The notes under the pieces are model-generated. The model ran no database searches. It saw nothing but the letters and a program-made list of their open reading frames with translations, and was not told the DNA's origin. The translations under genes were made by a program, and so were the position numbers. 54,153 bases of DNA from Elusimicrobiota bacterium (GTDB lineage: Bacteria > Elusimicrobiota > Elusimicrobia > UBA1565 > UBA9628). How positions within the stretch are numbered: the stretch's first letter is position 1; the number at the start of each line of letters is the position of its first letter. Positions 9,001 through 16,282 of this stretch are shown one piece after another. The stretch is taken from NCBI GenBank assembly GCA_038059415.1, contig JBBTJN010000179.1:1-54153 (forward strand), in the 5' to 3' direction.

Positions 9001-11200
9001 CGTCTTGATATAACAACGCCCTGTGCTCAGACGGCGGGGGGGCGTCGGTCGTCGCCAGAGCGCCCAGCAGGCCAAGGGCTCCCAGGCCCGGGAGCCAAGC
9101 CGGGGCCTGATGCGCGAGCGCCTGGAAAAAGCCGGTCGCCCCGCCGGTGAGCGCCGGGGAAAAGCCGGCCGCGCCGTCGGCGAGCGCCGGAAAGAGGACG
9201 GCCGCAGCGCCGAAGATCGCCAGCGCCAGCATCACGCCCAGCCTGGTGAAGCCGCCTTGGCCGCCGGACTTGACCTTCTCCTTGCCGGCCTGATTGATGG
9301 CGTCCTTGAGCTTGCCTTCGTATTTCGGGTTCTCCCAGCGCTCGAAGATGTTGTGATCCTCGAACCACTTGCGCAGGCGGTTGAGGCAGGCTTCATTGCG
9401 CGGGTCGGCGAGGAGCTCCTTGATCTTCGCCAGTGTGTCGCCGTCCTCGGTGAAGATCTTCGCCTTGAGGAACTCGGCGGCTTTGTCCGGATAGGCCTTC
9501 AGGAAGACCTCGAGCTTGTCCTCTTTGGAGAGGGCTCGGAATGTCTCCTTGGCCATCATCTCGTCGACGAGCGCCTCGAGGGCGTTCTTCATGGCGTGCT
9601 CGGCCTCGAAAAGGCCGACCTCGCTCTGCATCCCCCGTTCCTCAGCGATCTGCGCGATCACCGCGGCCCACTCGCTGTAGAGCCGCATAACGTCGTTGAC
9701 GGCGGCCTCGGAGCGGACCTTCTCGCGGATGCACCAATAGTCGTAGGTGCAGGGCAGGGCCAGGAAGAGCAGCGGCAGGGACACGGAGAAGTGGAGATAG
9801 GCCACGGCATAGAACGCCGCCAGGGCGCCGAAGGTGACGGCGTTGGCCACGCGGTTGAGCGCCTTCTGGCTGTGAATGCCGAGCTTATCGCCCATGAAGG
9901 TCAACAGCGCCGTCGGCCCTTCATAAAAGCGCCGGAACATTCCCTGGTAGGCCCTCTCGACCTTCGGGTTGTAAACCCACTTGGCGTAGAAGCGCTCCGG
10001 CAGTATGCCGGCAAGCATCTTCCCGCCGTCGAGTTGCGGCAGGGGCAGGAGATTGAAGACGGTCAGGGCCAGGTTCATCTTGGCCAGGCCCAAGGCCACG
10101 CCGGCCGCGAGGCCTGCCGCGGGAAAGAGAACGAAGGCCGCGAAGGCGATCCCCGCCAGCGCCAGATTGGTCAGAGGCCCCGCGCCCGCCGCGTAGAAGG
10201 CGTTGCGCGCCGAGCGCGGACCGCCCAAGGGGCCGCGCAGGTTGTTGAAGTCCGCGTCCACGGCCTTGCCCGCGCCGATGAGGACGGGAAATGGGAGGAA
10301 CGCGCTCGAGAGCGCCAGCGAGAGCGCCGGCAGTATGATGGTCTTGAGCGGGTCGACGTGGTGGAAAGGGTTGAGGCTGTGCATGCCCGCCTCCTCGGCG
10401 GTGCGGTCGCCCAGCTTGCGCAGAACGGCGATGTGGGCGACCTCGTGGGCGAGCACGCAGACCACCAGCCCGGCCGCCATGCTCAGGACCGGCACGGCGC
10501 CGACGGACACGGCCGCCAAGGCGGCCGCCGCGAGGGAGAGCGGGGCGACGACCTTGACCCAGAGCGGAAGGGCCTGCGCCCGGCGGATATTCCCCACCTC
10601 GCGGGCGGCCTGCGGCGTCGGGATGGAGGAATCAGCGATGATGCGGTTGACGCGTTCCTCGGGCTTCATGAGACCGTGATGAACGTGACGGGGGTCGGTG
10701 ACTTGTGTCACCGGCGCGCTCTTCGTCAGAGCCGTCCGTACGTCCGCCCCGTCGAACGCTTCGCGGGGGGCGTCCTCGCCGATGCGCTCCCAGTAATATA
10801 TCTGGCGTGCGACCCAGGCCGCAACCCCGCCTTGCGAGGGCGCCGGGCCGGCGTTCTCCGTGACGAGACCGATCGGCCTGCCCGCCGTGAGCTTGGCGTC
10901 CACCTGGGGCGGTGGCGTCACCATCAAGGCGGGCAGAGAGGACGCGGCGGACAGCGAGGGAGACAGCAAGGGGAACAACGAGGAGGCGCCGAGGCCCATC
11001 GGGAGCACGCCGCCGGAGAGAGTCGCGGGGATCTCCGCCACGGGGCGTCCATAGGCGCCGGTCCGGCCGACGGCAACGTAGCTCAAGCTCTGGGCGAAGG
11101 CCTGTGATGCGGGCAAGCCGGCGGAACCCAAGAATATCGAGAGGCTGACGGCGAAGGCGACGGCGGACTTCATCGCCCGGACGGGCCGAATTGAGCTCAT
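3062..11200 (-). CDS. Giant multidomain protein: signal peptide, M50 site-2 protease, TM segments, repeat domains, ClpB/ClpC-like double AAA+, HEAT-like helical repeats
   Basis: M50 motifs HEVAH, AGPLTNL and FNLLPLPQLDGG. NBD1 GEAGVGKT / VLMDE / RRRF. NBD2 GPTGVGKT, RMDMSEYMEEH, GAPPGYVGY, ILFDEIEKAHP, GRLTD, FRPEFLNRLD, YGARP. Start uncertain: the ORF track uses 11281, but ATG 11200 or 11173 fit the signal peptide and the TATAAT at 11214-11219 better. Confidence 0.9.
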   Translation of the reverse strand: MSSIRPVRAMKSAVAFAVSLSIFLGSAGLPASQAFAQSLSYVAVGRTGAYGRPVAEIPATLSGGVLPMGLGASSLFPLLSPSLSAASSLPALMVTPPPQVDAKLTAGRPIGLVTENAGPAPSQGGVAAWVARQIYYWERIGEDAPREAFDGADVRTALTKSAPVTQVTDPRHVHHGLMKPEERVNRIIADSSIPTPQAAREVGNIRRAQALPLWVKVVAPLSLAAAALAAVSVGAVPVLSMAAGLVVCVLAHEVAHIAVLRKLGDRTAEEAGMHSLNPFHHVDPLKTIILPALSLALSSAFLPFPVLIGAGKAVDADFNNLRGPLGGPRSARNAFYAAGAGPLTNLALAGIAFAAFVLFPAAGLAAGVALGLAKMNLALTVFNLLPLPQLDGGKMLAGILPERFYAKWVYNPKVERAYQGMFRRFYEGPTALLTFMGDKLGIHSQKALNRVANAVTFGALAAFYAVAYLHFSVSLPLLFLALPCTYDYWCIREKVRSEAAVNDVMRLYSEWAAVIAQIAEERGMQSEVGLFEAEHAMKNALEALVDEMMAKETFRALSKEDKLEVFLKAYPDKAAEFLKAKIFTEDGDTLAKIKELLADPRNEACLNRLRKWFEDHNIFERWENPKYEGKLKDAINQAGKEKVKSGGQGGFTRLGVMLALAIFGAAAVLFPALADGAAGFSPALTGGATGFFQALAHQAPAWLPGLGALGLLGALATTDAPPPSEHRALLYQDDSLDALVVAVELTGHMTPAEFRSKLAKLIGDGYLPSYLSGQITHDPHGMFRTNSGIVTEARLTLYNLDDAALTARILQGVGEAHRVRISRDLSHKTFFLQAETPAAVIRVPAAARVPESAGGGVELDESLDALVVAVELIDRMTSSEFADLMRDSGESHRQFVETWMIPNKFKKLMSDLSSREDRLPAHKLQVTYTPKGLGFISEIKLTLGNLADAAHAARIFQGVPAARHVRVSRALFNLIALPRSVAPAAETADTARWQGKVLGENISDRNVLVDFEEGAPKKDVNRIMRAYDKVENHGDWFLITAKTSADAAEIARALAAEQWVMSVKVSLVVRDQIAAVALPAKVISHTKAHYGVSTLLVKFAPETTTEEIKALLGGLGENRLSRHDDSYVLHAKNLRDAADAAKTLAASEAVLAVAVHPNAAAFLEDRLIQPYPEAVSYDHAQSLLVQFKAGTSEETIKEYAKLRRLNLVYMELPEFSVKKLLALLEVPNGADATATRQMLVDETLDEGSAVAEVKPFKEQPGEAPVVASPAARAKAAARGDLDASEAQAEAAKNPARRDPAAEWLSYLGKRKMQDGTTLTDAQIKALATYLRPLAKNPGEPRPPVVARAEEVKRMLPIVTSPRGMRNSVILVGEAGVGKTAVAEGLAEMIEDAEHAATEDSQTLLQFQRLRGRWLVELDINKILTADNPVGVLSSVLDLLPRFNDAKPARGNEVIVLMDEIQKFFLDNNGQKIANALKGPLRDGKIAVIATTTRKDYKEFIEKDDAFRRRFEKIDIVESTVEETIIILRARKASLLKLHDAFIPDEALVAAAKLTDQFDKTNFNPDKAIKAVQDGAEFARPDNLRSALTLDVREIWSRLVVAFNEARQVLMDKAVASTLALPIESYNHIAGLIKKAEALYAERESIRDGESRVTIDVVKRVIAQKTGIASGQLDMGADDPSRYNDMEKTVGERVVNQAPALTAIANAIRRNKAGLSNPHRPMGKFLLTGPTGVGKTYLAKELARFLFKDPEAMIRMDMSEYMEEHNAQRLTGAPPGYVGYGEGGQLTEAVRKKPYSVILFDEIEKAHPKVFDVLLQILDDGRLTDGEGRTIDFKNTVIIMTSNAGMGTVDGEKYATMIEAVEKNITSAELHASKIKELEDAWDKELDEVVSMSLKARFRPEFLNRLDEDPRSKNKWIRVNRLRRQDIVKIASLQIAEFKDLLVDRHDTELVIDPSVIDFLAIEGFSPLYGARPMTAAIEKHIIDPMAKWILEEAAQGRKNVRGGLIKIRAEGGRIVFAAEAKPDKKIERSGVEGAARQVAAEVFALIERFVGDGEAEEPSESLLDKMMRAARPAAPAASEKKSEAAPARAFFSPGSALSLPPSARIVAALHNNPKAVDAALRPEISAVSDSVERAGWSAPVVAAVAVRPGEVGEGWLKQFITFAKGVAQKAGVVKPLEMASFVSASAVRLTVSFDAELTQADREFLAAHFTGTPPAGYEAAQRMVDDLNRHSPIVRNHYLLDLYRRLRDIPGARMGYASASGRTQIWLEILKEAPRPVAAPATEKAAVAFDKPATAHPVNETAKLRGLLLRFIDQSRLQKGEQDGLSIRIAAAEAYARIAGPEEAALMRNWIIEHGWSGDAPPVKLGSESPMAMTAALVLQRLGGSADIELLEALLRKSSFLQGDAFVPLKMAFVAALAEIYKRAGLVATREAFSRAKSNDGREIFPAVWRALGALGYPADVEDILEDPEGLAQFYRRMGMQGKLVAAFSDDSMWNKADTTLKIAIFKLLGETGAPTQGVWDLLGKVLNGTRGAGDRSGRYAAAAAWAELVARERLSGGLSDGINRYLDEHDVSVGEGNWAVLLAYVLALEKSGGAGDLAALERLMNVSPDHDALDYQHEQAYFSAPEAWAKIVVRSGKFAEYARAHLGPDGAPQPSILFKMLMSKDKPLLAAAALRAMAIARDSSFQEKPLQSKGAAPGLHPDKRLPSGDNH
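8590..8998. repeat. Internal duplication in the giant gene (381-bp / 127-aa period)
   Basis: Identical 28-mer cgacggcgacgaccaaggcgtcgaggga at 8590-8617 and 8971-8998 encodes SLDALVVAVE twice. Downstream LTL.NL.DAA..ARI.QGV..A..VR.SR is also repeated. Confidence 0.85.
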
Positions 11201-11213
11201 AGAAGAGACGATC

Positions 11214-11302
11214 ATTATAGGGACCGTTGACTTTAAGCAATAGAGGCTTAAGACCCAACAAAGCCGTGTCAAAGGTCCCATGCGTCAGGGGGGCTTTGGA
11301 CC
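11214..11302. promoter_or_regulatory. Divergent promoter region with a -10 box and a 12-bp inverted repeat
   Basis: TATAAT on the minus strand at 11214-11219. GGGACCGTTGAC (11220-11231) and GTCAAAGGTCCC (11268-11279) form an inverted repeat with one mismatch. A related GGGGCTTTGGAC lies near 11290. Confidence 0.45.
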
Positions 11303-11410
11303 GGGGCGCGCGCGTCCCGCTGGAGGTTCCAGGAAAGTCTTGACGGAGATCGGCAATTGGGGCTATCCTGGGCGCATGAGAGGCGCCGCATTTATCATGC
11401 TCGCTCGCTG

Positions 11411-11665
11411 ATGGATATCAAGTCCCTCATCCTCCAGAGCGAGGACTCGTTGCCGACGCTCGCGCAGCATCTGTCGACCGCAACGGCGGCGACACCCTCA
11501 CTGCCGACCATCACCGCCGATGCGTCAACCTACTGGAAGTTCGGTGGCAGCGCCGTCATGGGCCTTGCGGGGATGCTTTACCTGGGCTATGGGAAGAAAA
11601 ATGGCGATGTCTCGAAGCTGATCATCGGCGCCGCGCTGACGCTCGGCAGCCTTTTTTTATTCTAG
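11411..11665 (+). CDS. Small two-TM membrane protein
   Basis: ATG 11411 is in frame with the track ORF. C-terminus GSAVMGLAGMLYLGYGKK...LIIGAALTLGSLFLF forms two hydrophobic helices. Confidence 0.65.
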   Translation: MDIKSLILQSEDSLPTLAQHLSTATAATPSLPTITADASTYWKFGGSAVMGLAGMLYLGYGKKNGDVSKLIIGAALTLGSLFLF

Positions 11666-11718
11666 GCGTCGCGCCAGACCGGCTTGCGCTTGGCGAGGAA
11701 GGCGCTGCCCGCGGTCGC
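11662..11718 (-). pseudogene. Internally deleted remnant of the enoyl-CoA hydratase gene
   Basis: 11669-11704 matches 13067-13102 (35/36) and 11694-11718 matches 13674-13698 (24/25), joined at the shared CGAGGAAGGCG. It reads ATAGSAFL-AKRKPVWRDA*. Confidence 0.8.
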
Positions 11719-11726
11719 CAATTAAT

Positions 11727-12104
11727 TCAGGGCTCCTGAACTTGGCTCGGTTCAGCAAATGCTTTGGCGGCTCTTTTATTCGCGCGAATTTCTTGCTGGC
11801 GCTGTTTGTGGTCAAGCCGTTTGCGGTAATCAAATATTCTTTTCAAGAGTGACTGATCGGGCTTCGCAACACCCTTGAGCGCGATTAATTTCTGCGCTTC
11901 AGGAATGACGGGATGGATGTAGTGCTCAACCAACGCCTCATCCAAAAAAGATTCAGAGGCAATTTCACGCCCACCAAAATCGACGCTAACCGAATCACCT
12001 GACTTTAGCGCTGACGCAATCTTGTCGAAAAGCGGCTTACCATCCTCACGCGTGTATACGTGATCTCCGCAGATTTCGCTAATGAGAAGAGTGATTTGTG
12101 CCAT
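11727..12104 (-). CDS. STAS-like domain protein (DUF4325-like)
   Basis: TREDGKPLFDKI...VSVDFGGREIASESFLDEAL matches the STAS-like 'vDF.gv...s.SFldea' pattern; low GC. Confidence 0.75.
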   Translation of the reverse strand: MAQITLLISEICGDHVYTREDGKPLFDKIASALKSGDSVSVDFGGREIASESFLDEALVEHYIHPVIPEAQKLIALKGVAKPDQSLLKRIFDYRKRLDHKQRQQEIRANKRAAKAFAEPSQVQEP

Positions 12105-12107
12105 GGG

Positions 12108-12989
12108 TTATTGGAAGTTGAAGGGCGATCCGGATTCGGGCGCTTTATCAAAGGTCGCCATCGTTGCCGTGTCGAATGAAACGGTAACGATGGTTCCTTG
12201 AAATGCGACCGGCATGGGCAAAGTGCTGGTCTTTTTTTTGCGTTGAACATTCAGCCGTGAGGAGCCTGAGAACATCGACAGAGATCCTCCGTGGGCCTTC
12301 ACGTAGGCAACGATCTGTTTGAGTCCGAGCCCACCAGTATGGCCTGGACGCGAAGTGACGCCCTCCTCAAGAGCTTTCTTCAGGGCCTCTTCGTCGGTCA
12401 TCTCTTTGCCGTACTTCCCAGAGTTCAAAAGTGAGGCTCTAATTCCGATTCCGGAATCTGCGACACAAATACGAACGTCATTCTGTTTGGGGTTATACCG
12501 AGCGCAAATCCAAAACCCAAGCCCTGATTTTGCATGGTCGTTCGCGTTCGTTAAGAGTTCCGTAATCCAAATGCGGAGCAAGTACCGCTCATCTTCGCCC
12601 ACATTTTTAGCCTGTCGGCCGATAAATTCAGCGACGTGCTCCGGCACACTGCCTTCCATCTGCTTAAGCAAGCGGAGTTGCAAATTATTCGGAGCGACGG
12701 CATTTGCCAAATTCGTCGATTCAGTCAACTCAAGCAACCCGCAATTTTTTATGTACTCAGCGCTTTCCGCTTGCTGGGGCAGAATGATGGATACCTTTCG
12801 TCCCGCCTGGAGACGCTTCAGTGCAAAGTCAGCAAGGAGAATTGTGCCGAATGGCGAAATCCATTTCACGCCAGTGGCGTCAAGAACGACGTCCCCCGGA
12901 ACAGGGAGCGCCTCCTGCAAGCTGGCCAAGAGCGCGTTAGCTGCTCCTTCGCTCGTAAGTCGCGGAAGACGAATCTTTATTTCTGGCAC
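12108..12989 (-). CDS. STAS + GHKL/HATPase protein (anti-sigma Ser-kinase-like)
   Basis: N-terminal VVLDATGVKWISPFG (STAS). C-terminal ELLTNANDHA (N box), DSGIGI (G1), GGLGL (G2) and GT; low GC. Confidence 0.8.
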   Translation of the reverse strand: MPEIKIRLPRLTSEGAANALLASLQEALPVPGDVVLDATGVKWISPFGTILLADFALKRLQAGRKVSIILPQQAESAEYIKNCGLLELTESTNLANAVAPNNLQLRLLKQMEGSVPEHVAEFIGRQAKNVGEDERYLLRIWITELLTNANDHAKSGLGFWICARYNPKQNDVRICVADSGIGIRASLLNSGKYGKEMTDEEALKKALEEGVTSRPGHTGGLGLKQIVAYVKAHGGSLSMFSGSSRLNVQRKKKTSTLPMPVAFQGTIVTVSFDTATMATFDKAPESGSPFNFQ

Positions 12990-13062
12990 TTAATCTATCC
13001 TACAAAATGACCCATAACTAAGCCGTTGCCACGTTTGGTCCTACTTCAGATTAGACTTTAAA

Positions 13063-13833
13063 CTACTCGCGCCAGATCGGCTTGCGCTTGGCGAGGAAGG
13101 CGGCGCAGCCTTCGGTCGCGTCCGGCGTCTTCATGAGCTCCTTGAGGTAGGCCTCCTCCGCCATCTGGAGCTTGGCGGCGAAGTCATCGGGGTGGAGACG
13201 GCGCAACAGCCGCTTCGAGAGCTTCAAGGAACTCCGGCTCATCGACGTGAGCCTGGAAAGATACTTCCCGCACTCCGACTCGAAACTCTCCGCGGGAAAC
13301 ACCAGGCTCGCCAAGCCGAGCCGCAGCGCCGTCTGCGCGTCGATGGCGCGGCCGCTTAAGAGCAGCTCGCGCGCCGCGCCCGCAGGGCAGATCCTGGGAA
13401 GAAGGACCATCGCGACGGGAGCAAAGACCCCGAGCTGAATCTCCGGCTGGCCGAACTGCGCGTTGGAGGAGGCCAGGACCACGTCCGCCGGCAGCGCCAG
13501 CTCGCAGCCGCCGCCGAGCGCGGCGCCCTCCACGCAGGCCACGACGATCCCCTCGAAGGCGGCGAGCTTCTTAATGGCGCCATGAAATACGCTCAGCATC
13601 CGCTCGACCTTATCGGGGAGATGGTCTCCCACATCCGCCCCAGCCGAGAAGGCCTTCCCTCGCCCTTTGAGCACGAGGAAGGCGCTGCCCGCGGCCGCGT
13701 CGAGGGCCGCGCCGATCTCCACGAGCATGTCCAGGTTCAGGATGTTGAGCGGGGGGCGGTTGAGCGTCAGCGTGAAAATCCCTCCCGCCTCGCAGGTTTC
13801 AATGGTCTTAAACGACGTCGCCGGCGCTGTCAT
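13063..13833 (-). CDS. Enoyl-CoA hydratase/isomerase (Dch/BamR dienoyl-CoA hydratase-like)
   Basis: LNRPPLNIL, AFSAGADV.DH, ALGGGCEL, FGQPEIQLGVFAP. ATG 13833 overlaps the upstream TGA. Confidence 0.85.
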   Translation of the reverse strand: MTAPATSFKTIETCEAGGIFTLTLNRPPLNILNLDMLVEIGAALDAAAGSAFLVLKGRGKAFSAGADVGDHLPDKVERMLSVFHGAIKKLAAFEGIVVACVEGAALGGGCELALPADVVLASSNAQFGQPEIQLGVFAPVAMVLLPRICPAGAARELLLSGRAIDAQTALRLGLASLVFPAESFESECGKYLSRLTSMSRSSLKLSKRLLRRLHPDDFAAKLQMAEEAYLKELMKTPDATEGCAAFLAKRKPIWRE

Positions 13834-14591
13834 AGATACTGTCCTCCATCCACTTGGATAACGACGCCCGTGATGTGGCGCGCTCCCTCGCCGCACAAAA
13901 ACGCCACGGTATTGGCGACGTCCTCAGGACGCCCGAGACGCCCCAGGAGCGTCTCGGCCAAGGCCTTCGCTCGGAACTCATCGGGCACGCTCGCCGCCAT
14001 CTCCGTCTCGATCATGCCCGGCGCCACGCAGTTGACGGTGACGCCCGCGCCGCCCAGCTCGCGGGCGGCGGCCTTGGTGAGGCCGATGATGCCCGCCTTT
14101 GAGGCGCAGTAGTTCGCCTGTCCGAACTTTCCGCGCAGGCCGTTGATCGACGAGATGTTCACGATCCTCCCGCCGCCGGACTTGCGCAAGCGCTGGGCGG
14201 CGGCGCGAATGTGGTTGAAAGTCCCCTTAAGGTTGACCGCGATGACGTCGTCGAATTGAGCCTCGGTCATCTTCCACAGCACGGCGTCGGCGGTGATGCC
14301 GGCGTTGTTGACGAGGATGTCGAGGCCGCCGAGATCGCAGGCCGCCGCCTCCACGCAGCGCTCGACTGCCGCGGTGTCCGCGGCGTCGACGATGGCGCGG
14401 TGCGTCCGGCGGCCCAGTCCGGCCAACTCCTGGGCGACGGCTTCCCCTTCCTCAGGAGGCCCCTTGTAGTCGAACGCGACGTCGGCGCCCCTGCGGGCCA
14501 GTTCCAGACAGATCGCCTTGCCGATTCCGCGGCTGCCGCCCGTCACGAACGCCTTCTTGCCGTGAAGTTCCATCACAGGAGCACCGATCAT
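13830..14591 (-). CDS. SDR oxidoreductase (FabG-like 3-oxoacyl/hydroxyacyl-CoA reductase)
   Basis: TGGSRGIG, NNAGIT, ISS and YCASK motifs; ATGA overlap at 14588-14591. Confidence 0.9.
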   Translation of the reverse strand: MIGAPVMELHGKKAFVTGGSRGIGKAICLELARRGADVAFDYKGPPEEGEAVAQELAGLGRRTHRAIVDAADTAAVERCVEAAACDLGGLDILVNNAGITADAVLWKMTEAQFDDVIAVNLKGTFNHIRAAAQRLRKSGGGRIVNISSINGLRGKFGQANYCASKAGIIGLTKAAARELGGAGVTVNCVAPGMIETEMAASVPDEFRAKALAETLLGRLGRPEDVANTVAFLCGEGARHITGVVIQVDGGQYL

Positions 14592-16282
14592 AACCTCATC
14601 ACCTCGCCTCGCCCGTTGTCGCCCGAAGCGAACATCGCCTCGATCTCTCGGGCGTAGTCCGCAAGGATCTTGGAGCGCACGAGCTTCATGGTCGGCGTCA
14701 ATTGTCCGTTGGCGAGGCTCGGTACCCCATGTATCAGAACCGCCGCCTTGGGGCGGGCGTACTTCTCGACGATCGCCCGCGACGCCTTCGCCAGCTCCTC
14801 CTGGAGGAGTTCCCTCGCCGGCAGGCCGCGGCTGCGGGCGGCCTCGGCTACGGCCGCGGGATTGGGGAACACGAGGGCCCCCACGTAGTCGTGCCCGCCG
14901 CCGACGACGATGGCATATTGGACGAGGGGACTTTCCGCCAGGGCGTTCTCGACGTTCTGCGAGATCACCATCTCCCCGTTGCTGAGCTTGAACATGCCGT
15001 CCACGCGGCACTTAATGACGAGGCCGCGGTCTCGGATTTCTCCGTAATCTCCCGTGCGCAGCCAGCCGTCCGGCGTAAAAACCCGCGCGGTCCGCTCCGG
15101 GTCCTTGTAATAGCCGAGCATCACGTTGGGGCCCTTGACCAGGATTTCCCCATCCGAGGCGATGCGGACCGCCACTCCGGGAATAGGCGCGCCGACGGCC
15201 CCCGGCCGGCGCCGGCAGTTGAAACGCGTGACGGTGACGCAGGGGGAGGTCTCGGTGAGCCCCCAGCCCTCCACCACCGGGACGCCTTTCTTCTCGTAAG
15301 CGTCGGCGACATGTTTGGGCAGGGCCGCCGCGGCCGTGAAGACGAACCTCAGGTCCGGATGGAAGATGTCCCGTTCGGCGTCCTTGAAGCGGCGGCTCTC
15401 CTCGACTAGAGCCTGATGAATCCGCGGCACGCTGAAGTAGATCGTGGGTTTGACCCGCTTGAAGTTCTCGATGAGCGCCCGCACGTCCTTCCCGTAGCTG
15501 TCGTCGAGAACGAGGTGGGCCCCGCTGTAGAGCGCGCCAAACAGCTCGAAGATTCCGCCGAAGCTGTGATGCCAGGGCAAATACGAGAGGACGCGTCCGC
15601 CGGGCTTGAGCTTCCAGAGGAGATCCAGCGCCCGCCGCTGGGAGAGGATGTTGCGATGACTTAGGAGCACGCCCTTGGGCCGACCGCTCGTCCCCGACGT
15701 GTACATGAGGAGAGCCGGGTCGAGCGGACGCGCCCGCCGCGCAGCCCTCTTAAACGCGGGCGTCGGGCCGCCGCTCACAAGCGCCGAGAAGGCGCTCACG
15801 CGGGGGCCGGCCTTTTTCCGCGCGGACCGCCGGAAGCCGTCCATCACGAAGATACGCTTAAGGCCGCGCGCGGCGCGCGTCGAGAGAACCACGCCGAGGC
15901 GCTCCGCGTCGGAGACCGCGAGGAAGCGCGCCCCCTAATGCCCCAAAATGTAGTCGAGCGGCTCGACGGGATAGCCGGCGAAGATGGGGCAGGCGACCGC
16001 GCCCACGCTCATCACGGCCAATTCGAAAACCAGCATCTCGCTGCGGTTGCGCGAGCAAATCGCGGCCACCTCGCCCTTGCCCAGCCCGAGCCGCAGCAGG
16101 GACTCGCCCACCTGGGAGACCTGCTCATAGAGGTCCTCCCAAAGCAAGGTCCTGCCGCCGCCGGCCCCCTTGTCGCTGAGAACCGGCATGCCGCGAAAGC
16201 GCTCACAGCGCTCCCGGAGCATCACCGCGATGCTGGCGGGATAACGGCCGAGCTCGACTCGACTACGCAGCGTTCGTTGCAT
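14588..16282 (-). pseudogene. Long-chain acyl-CoA synthetase (AMP-binding) interrupted by an in-frame TAG at 15935-15937
   Basis: Track ORFs 15935..16282 and 14588..15892 are in the same frame: YILGH*GARFLAVSD. Motifs YTSGTSGRPKG, EGWGLTETSP and WLRTGD are intact. Confidence 0.8.

Noticed and set aside
11669-13102. Prophage or integrative element with attL/attR sites
   Set aside because: Only 1.4 kb with no integrase, and the left repeat is a chimeric gene remnant rather than a clean att site.
15935-15937. Pyrrolysine or TAG recoding
   Set aside because: No pyl genes in the window, TAG terminates many genes here, and a single TCG>TAG change explains it.
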